Origin: an uncultured bacterium
Lineage (GTDB): Bacteria > Spirochaetota > B62-G9 > DRHN01
DNA: 64,000 nucleotides
Direction of reading: 5' to 3'
NCBI GenBank assembly: GCA_965603595.1
Contig: CBFDDP010000003.1
Coordinates: forward strand, 1,309-65,308
Shown: piece after piece, positions 29,490 to 39,205 of the stretch
Layout of the letters: every line of letters begins with the position of its first letter
Position numbering within the stretch: position 1 is the first letter of the stretch
Position numbers and translations under genes: made by a program
The notes under the pieces: generated by a model
What the model was told of the DNA's origin: nothing
Database searches by the model: none
Seen by the model: only the letters and a program-made list of their open reading frames with translations

Positions 29490-31037
29490 ATGCCAGAGAG
29501 GATGGAAATGGAGAACAGTGCAAATATATTAAATGCTGAAAACATAACGAAATCCTTCCCCGGCGTGCTTGCACTGGACAATGTATCGATCGAGGTGAAA
29601 CAGGGAGAAATCATAGGTATTGCCGGTGAAAACGGAGCTGGAAAATCCACCCTTTTGAATATCATTGCAGGTATCTATCAACCGGATAGTGGTCAGCTTT
29701 TCCTGAGATCTAAATTGTACTCACCATTAAATTATCAACAGGCGAACAGGAATGGTGTTTTCATGGTTTTTCAAGAACAGGGACTTGTACCGAGTCTGTA
29801 TGTCTATGAGAACCTATTCCTGGCCAATGAGGGCAGTTTTATCACAAAGGGCATCCTTAACAAGAAAAGAATGATCAAAGAGGCTGCCGATGCAATGGAG
29901 AGCCTCAACCTGAAAATCGATCCGACGAAACTGACGTGGAATTACTCCTTTCATGAGAGGCAGATGATCGAGATATCAAAGGCGTTTACACTGGCAAAGA
30001 TATTAGAAATTGAAATGCCGCTCATACTGCTGGACGAACCCACATCCGGTTTAAGTGATGCGGAGATTGCAACTCTTTTTGGCAAGGTGAAGGAGTACAG
30101 TGAGAGAGCCTCTTTTCTTTTCATTTCTCACCGACTGTCAGAGTTAATCGAACTGTGCGACAGACTCTATATATTTAAGGATGGGAAGAACATTGAATCA
30201 CTTTCTACCGAGCATACTTCGGAGGCTGATATTCATGAATATATGGTAGGACGAAAGAGGGAAAGCGAATTCTACCGGGAGGACCTTCAAATAAGCAGTA
30301 CTGGAAAAGAAATCTTTGCTGTTAACGGACTGATGAAGGAAGACGCCTTTTCAGATGTCACCTTTGGATTAAATCGAAAGGAGATTCTGGGTATTGGTGG
30401 CATTGTTGGATGTGGAAAGACCGAACTGGGTATCTGTTTAGCGGGGATTGAGAAACTCGATCGTGGCAGTATCACAATCGAAGGGTATGATATACACAAG
30501 GTTACGCTGCAGAATATGATGAAACGGGGCGTTGGATATGTGCCCGGGGATAGAAAGAATGAAGGAATTATTGGCTACCTGCCCGTCAACTGGAATGTCA
30601 CGCTTCCCAGTATACCGGATATCGTATTGAACGGCCTCCCTCTTTTAAATATCAAGAGGGAAAATGAAATAACACGTACCTTTGTCTCGAAGTTCAAGAT
30701 TAAAACGCCGCGTATCACCACAATGTGCTACAGTCTCAGTGGCGGTAATCAACAGAAAGTATTGATGGCAAAATGGGTGGCAAAAAATCTGAAAGTCATA
30801 ATTCTCGACAACCCAACGCGCGGCATTGATGTGGGTGCAAAGGAAGAAATCTACAAAATTTTGAGAGACCTTGTAGAGCAGGGTCTCTCAATCATACTCA
30901 TAACGGACGACCTTCTTGAGCTCATCGGTCTCAGTAATCGGATTGTGATTATGAAAGACGGCATCATCACAAATGAATTCGAATCACCGCCGGAGAACAA
31001 AACAACTGAGAATGAACTGGTTAAATATATGGTCTAG
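29490..31037 (+). CDS. Sugar ABC ATP-binding protein with duplicated ABC domains (RbsA-like)
   Basis: GENGAGKSTLL; LSGGNQQKV; two nucleotide-binding domains. Confidence 0.85.
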   Translation: MPERMEMENSANILNAENITKSFPGVLALDNVSIEVKQGEIIGIAGENGAGKSTLLNIIAGIYQPDSGQLFLRSKLYSPLNYQQANRNGVFMVFQEQGLVPSLYVYENLFLANEGSFITKGILNKKRMIKEAADAMESLNLKIDPTKLTWNYSFHERQMIEISKAFTLAKILEIEMPLILLDEPTSGLSDAEIATLFGKVKEYSERASFLFISHRLSELIELCDRLYIFKDGKNIESLSTEHTSEADIHEYMVGRKRESEFYREDLQISSTGKEIFAVNGLMKEDAFSDVTFGLNRKEILGIGGIVGCGKTELGICLAGIEKLDRGSITIEGYDIHKVTLQNMMKRGVGYVPGDRKNEGIIGYLPVNWNVTLPSIPDIVLNGLPLLNIKRENEITRTFVSKFKIKTPRITTMCYSLSGGNQQKVLMAKWVAKNLKVIILDNPTRGIDVGAKEEIYKILRDLVEQGLSIILITDDLLELIGLSNRIVIMKDGIITNEFESPPENKTTENELVKYMV

Positions 31038-31112
31038 TCATGTATGGTATGCAACACATATCATAAGTATTTTCATAATGGCAAGTCACTTTAAAACGAG
31101 GATTGATTAATC

Positions 31113-31853
31113 ATGTCAAACTCAGGAAAAGAACCATTATATAAAAAAGTAGTACATGAGCTGCGTGACGAAATCACAGGGGGTAAATACGAGGTGGGTG
31201 ATCTGTTACCCACCGAGGATGAACTTATTAAGAGATTTAGCCTCAGCAGGACAACTATCAGGAGTGCAATCGGTGTACTCGAGAAGGAGGGTATTGTCTC
31301 GAGAAAACAGGGTAAGGGCACTATTGTCATGGATCAAAAAATTTCACAGAACTATAATTTCCTGAGTTCGTTTACAGAGACACTTGCAGAGAAAGGACTT
31401 AAAGTTGAGACGAATAATATCTCCGTAGGTCTCCAGCAACCACCTGAGAGTGTCCAACTGGCACTCCGAATACCCGATGACGAAGAGGTTTATCTGGTGC
31501 AACGCACCAAGTTGCTGGAGGGTAAACCGATTTGTTTCATGCGTAATTATTTATTAGCAAGATACGTTCCCCGTCTCGAGGAATACGTTGATGATTTGAA
31601 GCATGCTGGATTGTATGAATTGATTGAGCGTGTTTATTTATTAAATATTGATAGGGCCGTTGATATAATTACTACCTATATGAGCGGTCCGCTTGAATCT
31701 GAAATTCTACATTTTGATGAACCTATCGCATTATTCCGTAACATGAGAACAACATTTCTTGATAATGGCGATGCATTCGAGTATGTCATCTCCATAATAA
31801 GGGGGGATGTATACGAGTATAAAGTGTATTTACAGGGAAGGCCACCGAGATAA
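31113..31853 (+). CDS. GntR/HutC-family regulator (third, divergent copy)
   Basis: LPTEDELIKRFSLSRTTIRSAIGVLEKEGIVSRKQGKGTIV plus a UTRA-like C-terminus. Confidence 0.8.
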   Translation: MSNSGKEPLYKKVVHELRDEITGGKYEVGDLLPTEDELIKRFSLSRTTIRSAIGVLEKEGIVSRKQGKGTIVMDQKISQNYNFLSSFTETLAEKGLKVETNNISVGLQQPPESVQLALRIPDDEEVYLVQRTKLLEGKPICFMRNYLLARYVPRLEEYVDDLKHAGLYELIERVYLLNIDRAVDIITTYMSGPLESEILHFDEPIALFRNMRTTFLDNGDAFEYVISIIRGDVYEYKVYLQGRPPR

Positions 31854-31977
31854 CAGTCCTGGGCTTTGTAGCGGGTAACATGACATTGTCCAAATTTTTT
31901 GATATCTGCGCTGACTATAAAAGTGATGAATCTTTAAAACTAAACTGATCATTTGATGTATTCAGAGGAGATACAGG

Positions 31978-32688
31978 GTGGAATTAAAAGCAATAGATAT
32001 CGCACGATTAATTGATATAAGTGCAGTTCGAACACCACATGGCGAAGCTGAAATCGAGGAACTTGTGATGTGTGCAAAGGAATATCATTTTATAGCCGTT
32101 CATGTTCTTCCATCCTGGGTTTCGTTTCTGAGGGAAAGGATATCTGAGAAGGATGAAATACTAATTGGATCACCTGCGGGCTTTCCTTCCGGAGGACATC
32201 GGACGGATACGAAGGTCCATGAAGTAAAGCAGCTGATCGCTGATGGAGTTCAGGAAATTGATATGATGATGAATGTGGGGATGCTCCGGTCAAAAAACTA
32301 CAGGTATGTCGAGGATGATATTCATGCGGTCATTGAAGCTTCTGGTAAGATACCTGTGAAAGTTATTCTTGAGACCTGTTATTTATCAGGAGATGAGATT
32401 AAAAAAGCGTGTGAGCTGTGCATCAAGGCTGGTGCAGCATATGTGAAAACGTCCTCAGGGTGGACACAGGTGGGAGCCACACTGGAAAATATCCGTCTGA
32501 TTACTACGTTCGTGGGAGACAGAATAAAGGTCAAGGCAGCAGGAGGAGTAAGGGATCTCAAGACAATGATCGAGATGTACAAAATGGGGGTTTCACGGTT
32601 TGGTATAAATGTGCAAGCTTCGATAAAAATTATTGAAGCGTGCAAGAGTCTTCCCGGGGGTGTGGTGAGAGTAGGTACAATGATTTAA
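31978..32688 (+). CDS. deoC: Deoxyribose-phosphate aldolase (DeoC), short form without an N-terminal extension
   Basis: 236 aa reading GGHRTDTKVHEVKQ...AYVKTSSGW...VKAAGGVRD. GTG start 8 nt after GAGGAG. Confidence 0.8.
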   Translation: MELKAIDIARLIDISAVRTPHGEAEIEELVMCAKEYHFIAVHVLPSWVSFLRERISEKDEILIGSPAGFPSGGHRTDTKVHEVKQLIADGVQEIDMMMNVGMLRSKNYRYVEDDIHAVIEASGKIPVKVILETCYLSGDEIKKACELCIKAGAAYVKTSSGWTQVGATLENIRLITTFVGDRIKVKAAGGVRDLKTMIEMYKMGVSRFGINVQASIKIIEACKSLPGGVVRVGTMI

Positions 32689-32725
32689 ACACTTTCCGGG
32701 TATGATATCGAGGGAGTGATACGTT

Positions 32726-33919
32726 ATGGAGAACTTTGAATTTTATAATCCGGTGAGGATCATTTTCGGTTCTGGAGAGGTCTCTAAAACGGGGGTTGAA
32801 GCGTCCAAGATCGGATTAAAAGCGCTGCTGGTGTCATACAAAGAGCACGATTTTCTTAAGGAACTCCTGTCAAAACTCGAGTCTATACTTCAAGATGCGG
32901 GCGTAAAAGTCGTACCGTTCTTTGAGGTCACGGCAAATCCCAGAATGTGCCAGATACACGATGGGGTAGGTCTTTGTAAAGACGAGAGTATCGACCTTAT
33001 CATTGGCGTTGGTGGGGGAAGTGCCATGGATGCTGCAAAAGCCATTGCAGCCGGTGTTTTTTATAAGGGTGACCTCTGGAATATGGTGGTGAGCCGGCAT
33101 GACAACATAACCGCGGTGCCTCCTGAGAAGGCCCTTCCACTTCTCATGATACCAACCCTGCCTGCCACTGGTAGTGAAATGAATTGCTGTGCCGTTGTAA
33201 CCAACGAGAAGACCACGGAAAAATCCTACATCTATGCCCCGTGTCTATTTCCAAAACTATCCATCGCCGATCCATCTTTAACATGTAGTTTACCTCCCTA
33301 CCAGACAGCATGTGGGGCAGCGGATACTATATCCCACGTTTTAGAGTTCTATCTTAACGGTCAGTATGATGCGCCTCTCCAGAATCGTATAGAGGAGGGT
33401 GTGATCCTAACTGTCATGGAGAATGTAAATAAGGCATTGGAAAATCCGAATGATGTTGCTGTCCGAGGACATTTGCAACTGGCCTCAATTGTTGCTTTAA
33501 ACGGGTGGTCGCAGCCTGGCGATGCATGGACCCCCATGCATCAGCTCGGCCATGTACTATCTGCCCGTTATGATCTTGCTCATGGCGTTACGCTCTCGAT
33601 TGTAATGCCTGCATGGATGAAGTGCCTCTACGAGAGAAGGGTTGAAAGCTATGTTCAATTTGCTAACCGTATATTCAGCATTGAAATCGATGGAAAATCG
33701 CAGGGAGAAGTGGCTTTAAAAGGGATTGAACGTTTTGAGAAGTTCCTGAAATCAATCAATGTACCGACACGTCTTTCTGATGTACATATCAAGGCTGATG
33801 TAATCGATGATTTAACAGCTGACGTTGTACGAATCAGCTTTGGAGCGGATGGATTTCTGAGCAGTCGTCCTCCTGTTGATAGAAACAGTGTGCGAAAGGT
33901 GTTCGAAGCAGCATTGTAG
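32726..33919 (+). CDS. Iron-containing alcohol dehydrogenase
   Basis: GVGGGSAMDAAKAIA with Fe-ADH His motifs. Confidence 0.85.
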   Translation: MENFEFYNPVRIIFGSGEVSKTGVEASKIGLKALLVSYKEHDFLKELLSKLESILQDAGVKVVPFFEVTANPRMCQIHDGVGLCKDESIDLIIGVGGGSAMDAAKAIAAGVFYKGDLWNMVVSRHDNITAVPPEKALPLLMIPTLPATGSEMNCCAVVTNEKTTEKSYIYAPCLFPKLSIADPSLTCSLPPYQTACGAADTISHVLEFYLNGQYDAPLQNRIEEGVILTVMENVNKALENPNDVAVRGHLQLASIVALNGWSQPGDAWTPMHQLGHVLSARYDLAHGVTLSIVMPAWMKCLYERRVESYVQFANRIFSIEIDGKSQGEVALKGIERFEKFLKSINVPTRLSDVHIKADVIDDLTADVVRISFGADGFLSSRPPVDRNSVRKVFEAAL

Positions 33920-33960
33920 GGGATCAGTAGACTCTACTCAGTAATGAGAAAGCAGTACAA

Positions 33961-35076
33961 ATAGGCAATTACATTATCGCATATGATCTCGGTACGGGCG
34001 GCAATAAGGCTTCACTGTATAACAGAGAGGGGGAGTGTATCAAGACTACCTTTGTTCCCTATGAGACGCTGTATCCCGTTGCGGGCTGGCATGAACAGAG
34101 ACCGACCGATTGGTGGGATGCCGTTGTCGAATCCACGCATACTCTTCTCTCATCACCGGACGTATCGCATGATGATGTTGAATGCCTTGCTCTCTCTGGG
34201 CAGAGTCTTGGGGTAGTTCCCATTGACAAACATGGGAATCTGCTTCGTGAGACGGTTCCTATCTGGTCTGATACGCGCACTGCAAAGCAGACGGATGAGT
34301 TCTTTTCTGAGATCGACCCCACTGAATGGTACATGACGACGGGCAATGATTCGAGGCTGATGGAGGCGAGTGGTCTCCCACCAACGTTGTTCCCAGATAT
34401 TGTACCCTCCACGTATATAATCGGTGAAATAGCAAAGGACGTATCAGAAGTCATAGGATTATCAAATAGAGTAAAGGTGGTTTGTGGTGGTGTTGACAAT
34501 TCCTGTATGGCTTTGGGTGCGGGGAACATAACAGAGGGCAGGCTCTACCTCTCCCTGGGCTCTTCAGCGTGGATCGCAGTCTCATCCCACGGACCAATTG
34601 TAGATGTTAAAATTAAACCCTTTGTCTTTACCCATGTTATTCCAGAGATGTTTACCTCTGCTACCGCAATTTTTTCTGCAGGTAATTCCTTGAAGTGGGT
34701 GAGGGATACACTCTGTAAGGATATAAAAGAGGTGGCTGAAAGAGAGAACAGGGATCCATATGAAATGATGCCTATAACTGCAGAGGAATCGCCGATTGGA
34801 GCACACAAGCTCATTTTTAATCCCAGCCTTGCAGGAGGATCGGCGGCTCACTTGAGTCCTCAGATTCAGGGGGCATTTCTCGGCATTGATCTTTCGCACA
34901 CTCAGGCCGATGTGATAAGCTGTTGCAGAAGTGGGACGGAGGCGATACGGCGGATGTTAAAGATGCAGATAAGCTTGCAGTACTTGCAGACAAGGGGATA
35001 TTTGGTCCGATTAAGAAGCTCCGAACGGAGGATATACTCTGCAATAATGCCGAGGCTCTGCGATTTGGCGCCGTAG
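33961..35076 (+). pseudogene. Decayed FGGY carbohydrate kinase
   Basis: In-frame FGGY N-terminus IGNYIIAYDLGTGG, but no ATG, GTG or TTG anywhere in the 5' ~125 codons; the initiator position reads ATA. An internal deletion of about 55 aa is apparent against the intact paralog at 62328. The C-terminus is lost after HTQADVI. Confidence 0.6.
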
Positions 35077-35214
35077 TGAAGAAACGGATGATATCCTATT
35101 TCCGCAGCCTTCTCAATGAAACGAGAGACCCTGATGCCAGGCGGGTACTGGAGGATATCATCAAACAGGAAGAGCGGCATCTCGATAGATTGAATCTTCT
35201 CCTGGCATACTAGC

Positions 35215-36204
35215 CTATGCCTCCTTCCGGTGCTGTACCCTGTCGATGACCACTGTTACGATGATCAGTGCACCGATAAAAACCCTCTGCCAGTAGGGAG
35301 TGACACCGATCAGATTCAGTCCGTTGCGCAGTATGCCGAGTATCAGCGTTCCAGTGAGCGTCTTCCCAACCCCTCCGCGCCCGCCAAACAGACTCGTGCC
35401 GCCGATGATAACAGACGCAATGGCATCGAGGTTGTGGGTTTCACCGGCAATGGGCTGCCCGCTGTTTACCCGTCCGGCTAAAATGGTTCCGGATAGAGCT
35501 GCCATTGCAGAACACACCCCGAATATGATGATCTTGTACAGGTCCACCGGTATTCCCGACAACCTGGACGCCTCCTTGTTCCCGCCTATCGAGTAGATGC
35601 CCCTTCCGAACTTCGTCTGAGAGAGAATGAACCAGCAGATCACCACAATGATGAGGAACAGCACTGCAGGAAAGGGAAAGATGCCGATCTTGCCCTGGCC
35701 GAGGTATTTGAAGCTGTCGGTAAGTCCGGAGATCGGATGCCCCTCCGATATGATCAACGCGAAACCGCGTGCGATGGTGAGCATCCCGAGGGTCACCACA
35801 AATGAGTGCACACCCAGCTTGGCTACAACGATCCCCATGACAATGCCGATCCCGAAGCATACGACGATCGTTAAGGCGATTGCAGGCATGGTCGTCCAAC
35901 CGTGCATTACCTGAAACTTCGCCGCCAGCACACCGGCAAAGGCAGCCACTGACCCTACCGATAAATCGATTTCCGCCATCAGTATCACGAAGGTCATGCC
36001 GCATGCGGTGATGCCGATCATGGAGCTCTGGAGGAAGATATTCAGCAGATTTCTCCTGGTGAGGAAAACGGGCGATGATATACCCATTCCAATAATGATG
36101 AACCCGAAAACGATGAGTATTGTCTGTTCCTTGAATATGGTCAGGAAAAAGTTTCCGATTGACTGGGATATGTTCTTCTTTTCCAGGTTGTTCATCATCT
36201 GCAT
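35215..36204 (-). CDS. Sugar ABC permease (RbsC-like)
   Basis: AEIDLSVGS; multi-TM. Confidence 0.8.
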   Translation of the reverse strand: MQMMNNLEKKNISQSIGNFFLTIFKEQTILIVFGFIIIGMGISSPVFLTRRNLLNIFLQSSMIGITACGMTFVILMAEIDLSVGSVAAFAGVLAAKFQVMHGWTTMPAIALTIVVCFGIGIVMGIVVAKLGVHSFVVTLGMLTIARGFALIISEGHPISGLTDSFKYLGQGKIGIFPFPAVLFLIIVVICWFILSQTKFGRGIYSIGGNKEASRLSGIPVDLYKIIIFGVCSAMAALSGTILAGRVNSGQPIAGETHNLDAIASVIIGGTSLFGGRGGVGKTLTGTLILGILRNGLNLIGVTPYWQRVFIGALIIVTVVIDRVQHRKEA

Positions 36205-36242
36205 GTTTATTTCCTCTTCATTGTGAAATTGAACCGCACGTG

Positions 36243-37760
36243 TTACACGGCCTCCCTCTTCGTCCGTCCAAAGGCCGCGTTCAGTATCATATCCGAAGTC
36301 AGGCCTTCAGTAGTAAACTCCCCGGATATACTCCCTTCATGCATGACGTATATGCGATCGCATATCTTCATGAGCTCCGGAATTTCAGAAGACACTACAA
36401 GAATCGCCGCCCCCTGCTGTGCCAGGTTCTTCATGAGGTTGTGCACTTCCTGTTTCGCCCCCACATCAATTCCTCTCGTGGGCTCATCGAATAGGAGCAC
36501 TTCGCACTCGGCACACAGCCACCGGGCGATGATAACTTTCTGCTGATTTCCGCCGCTCAAAAACATGACCAGCTGCTTGCGACCGGGAGTTTTTATATCC
36601 AGTTTTTGAATAAAATTGAGAACCCGTTTCAGTATCTTTCCTTTTTCCAGAATCCCCGCTGTGGACACCGAATCAAGGGACGAGAGGATGATGTTCTCGT
36701 CCACGGGTCGGCACATCACAAGACCGTCGGCCTTACGGTCTTCAGGGAGAAGTGCGATTTTCCGATCGAGGGCGTGTTTCGGTTCTCTTATCCTGATATT
36801 TTCTCCCTTGAGGAATACCGACCCTTCTTTTACCCGATCCGCTCCAAAGATCGTTCGAAGCACCTCCGTTCTGCCGGAGCCCACCAGGCCGGCAAGCCCG
36901 ACAATCTCTCCCTCACGTACGTTGAGGCTCACATTTCTGAACTTCTCACCTGTCAATTCTTCGATCCTTAAAACCTCCGGACCTATTTTCCGTCCGGTGT
37001 CCAGTCGTGTTTCCTCTATCTTTCTCCCCACCATCATTTCAACTAGATCAGCGGTACTCACCTCGTCGGCGTTTTTTGTGTCCACGTACTGACCGTTTCT
37101 CAATACAGTGATCCGGGTACCGATCGTAAAAACCTCCTCAAGCCGGTGAGAAATGTATATGATTCCTACACCGTCAGATTTGAGTCTCTTGATAAGTACA
37201 AAGAGTTCCTGTATTTCGTTCGGGGTGAGTGCAGCCGTTGGCTCATCGAAGATGCAGATCTTCGACTGTACGGAGAAAGTCTTGGCAATCTCAACCATCT
37301 GCTTCTGAGCGATTCCAAGCTTGTGTATGATAATTTTAGGGTCTATATCAATCTCGAGGGAATTCAGCAGTTCCTTGGCCTCCCTGTTCATCTTCGGTTT
37401 GTCGATTGTACGTAGGAGGCCTCTTTTTAGGGGCTGTCGTCCAAGAAAGATGTTCTCGGCTACACTCAAGTAGGGTATGAGGTTGAACTCCTGATAGACC
37501 GTTGCGATTCCCAGTTCCTGCGCATGACGGGGGTTGTGTATCTCCAACTCATTTCCATCCATGATTATGGTGCCTGAATCCTTTTTATATGCTCCAGAAA
37601 TTATTTTGATGAGGGTTGACTTCCCCGCTCCGTTTTCACCAATCAGGACATGTGCCTCTCCTTGTCTGAGATTGAAATCGACTCTATCGAGGGCGAGAAC
37701 ACCGGGAAAGGTTTTCGTAATTCCCTTGAGTTCCATGATTACGTCGTTGGTATTCGCCAC
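36243..37760 (-). CDS. Sugar ABC ATP-binding protein with duplicated ABC domains
   Basis: GENGAGKSTLIK; LSGGNQQKV; 505 aa. Confidence 0.85.
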   Translation of the reverse strand: MANTNDVIMELKGITKTFPGVLALDRVDFNLRQGEAHVLIGENGAGKSTLIKIISGAYKKDSGTIIMDGNELEIHNPRHAQELGIATVYQEFNLIPYLSVAENIFLGRQPLKRGLLRTIDKPKMNREAKELLNSLEIDIDPKIIIHKLGIAQKQMVEIAKTFSVQSKICIFDEPTAALTPNEIQELFVLIKRLKSDGVGIIYISHRLEEVFTIGTRITVLRNGQYVDTKNADEVSTADLVEMMVGRKIEETRLDTGRKIGPEVLRIEELTGEKFRNVSLNVREGEIVGLAGLVGSGRTEVLRTIFGADRVKEGSVFLKGENIRIREPKHALDRKIALLPEDRKADGLVMCRPVDENIILSSLDSVSTAGILEKGKILKRVLNFIQKLDIKTPGRKQLVMFLSGGNQQKVIIARWLCAECEVLLFDEPTRGIDVGAKQEVHNLMKNLAQQGAAILVVSSEIPELMKICDRIYVMHEGSISGEFTTEGLTSDMILNAAFGRTKREAV

Positions 37761-37833
37761 CTACCCCTCCTTCATCTAACCATAGCATACACGATTTCTT
37801 GTAAAATTATGAGATAAAAATGAAAAAAAGTTC

Positions 37834-37941
37834 TTGACAATACGTGACGATCTGGTAAAATAACTTGTTATTACAAGATTATATAATAACAGGATAATAT
37901 GAGCACAATACTTTGTAGCAAATATAACATAGTTTGTCAAT
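37834..37941. promoter_or_regulatory. Divergent promoter/operator module, instance 4
   Basis: Plus-strand TTGACAA at 37834, then CTTGTTATTACAAG...ATAACAGGATAATATGA, then a minus-strand TTGACAA at 37935-37941. Lies between 37760(-) and 38089(+). Confidence 0.45.
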
Positions 37942-38088
37942 ACTTTTCGGATAATTTCACCCTTCACGTACTCGAAGGGTATGAAGTGCGGTTACACGAT
38001 TAAACATGAAAGGAGGCAATCAGGAAGCGTTCCACAATCAATTATAGCATAATCTTTTCATCAATTTACTAAAGAGAGGTAAAAAGAG

Positions 38089-39060
38089 ATGAAGAAAATG
38101 AGATTTCTTGTAACAATTCTCTGTATCATGGCACTGCTCGCTGCCAGTGTTGGTCTCTTATTTGCACGTGGCAAGGAAGAGGAGGGAGAGGGGCTCGTTA
38201 TCGGGTTCGATGCATTCAACGTAAGCATGACGTGGATGAAGTTTGCACATGACGCCATGGTTGAAGAGGCAGAGAATTTGGGTGTCAAGCTGATTGTTCT
38301 TGATTCAGAGAATGAGGCGAGCAAGCAAGCTTCCAACATGGAAGACTTGGTGGCACTGGGAGTTGACGGGGTCGTTGCAAACCCGATTGATGTTGACTCT
38401 CTTACTCCCGCGATCAACAATGCAGCAGCGGCGGGTGTTGCGGTCGCGACCTTTGACAGGGCTGCTAAAAATGCCGAGTATGTATTCTATGTAGGCTGCG
38501 ATGATGTGGAGGGCGGTAGATTGGTCGCTGAATTTGTGGCAGATAAGCTGGGTGGCAAGGGAAAGATTGTACTCCTTACCGGTACTCCCGGGTCATCTCC
38601 TGCCAGAGACCGTACGACGGGTTTCTTTGAGAAGCTTGAAGAGTATCCCGGGCTCGAGGTTGTTTTCAATCAGACCGGTGAATTCTGGCGAGAGAAGGGT
38701 ATGCAGGTCATGGAGGATGCAATTACAGCAACAGGTGGTGATTTCGACGCTGTGGTGTGCCAGAACGACGATATGATGATGGGCGCGATTCAGGCAATCC
38801 AGTCTGCCGGTATCGATGTGGATGACGTCGTGATTACAGGCTATGACGGGGTACCCGATGGGCTTCGCGCTGTACGGGATGGACTTGCCGACTGCACGGT
38901 GCAGTATCCAATTGGACAGGCACCTGAAGTTCTCAAACGGCTGGTGAAATATCTCGAGGGTCAAGCGCCGGCTGAGAAGGATTATGAAATGCCGCCGTGG
39001 GTAATCACAAAAGAGAATCTGGACACGGGAGATTTCTATTCACTCATAGCAGACGAATAA
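38089..39060 (+). CDS. Periplasmic sugar-binding protein (RbsB-like)
   Basis: Signal peptide MKKMRFLVTILCIMALLAASVGLLFA, then a PBP-I body. Confidence 0.8.
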   Translation: MKKMRFLVTILCIMALLAASVGLLFARGKEEEGEGLVIGFDAFNVSMTWMKFAHDAMVEEAENLGVKLIVLDSENEASKQASNMEDLVALGVDGVVANPIDVDSLTPAINNAAAAGVAVATFDRAAKNAEYVFYVGCDDVEGGRLVAEFVADKLGGKGKIVLLTGTPGSSPARDRTTGFFEKLEEYPGLEVVFNQTGEFWREKGMQVMEDAITATGGDFDAVVCQNDDMMMGAIQAIQSAGIDVDDVVITGYDGVPDGLRAVRDGLADCTVQYPIGQAPEVLKRLVKYLEGQAPAEKDYEMPPWVITKENLDTGDFYSLIADE

Positions 39061-39205
39061 TATCTTGATCGAACCATACCCATGGGCCAGTTTCAGAGAG
39101 TAGGGGACTCAGGCGAGTCCCTTACTCATTGTTTTACATAGAGTGAAAACTGCAGAAAGATTTCAGCAATTTATTCATATACCGTACTACCAGGAGGAAT
39201 TTTTA

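Noticed and set aside
34923-35213. 96-aa ORF as an independent functional gene
   Set aside because: It begins inside the decayed FGGY frame with no SD. It most plausibly is residual or foreign sequence at a degraded locus. It is kept only as part of the pseudogene finding.
35441-36004. 187-aa minus-strand ORF rich in Arg, Gly, Cys and His
   Set aside because: Overlaps the RbsC-like permease gene (35215-36204, same strand, different frame). Its composition is typical of an out-of-frame artefact.
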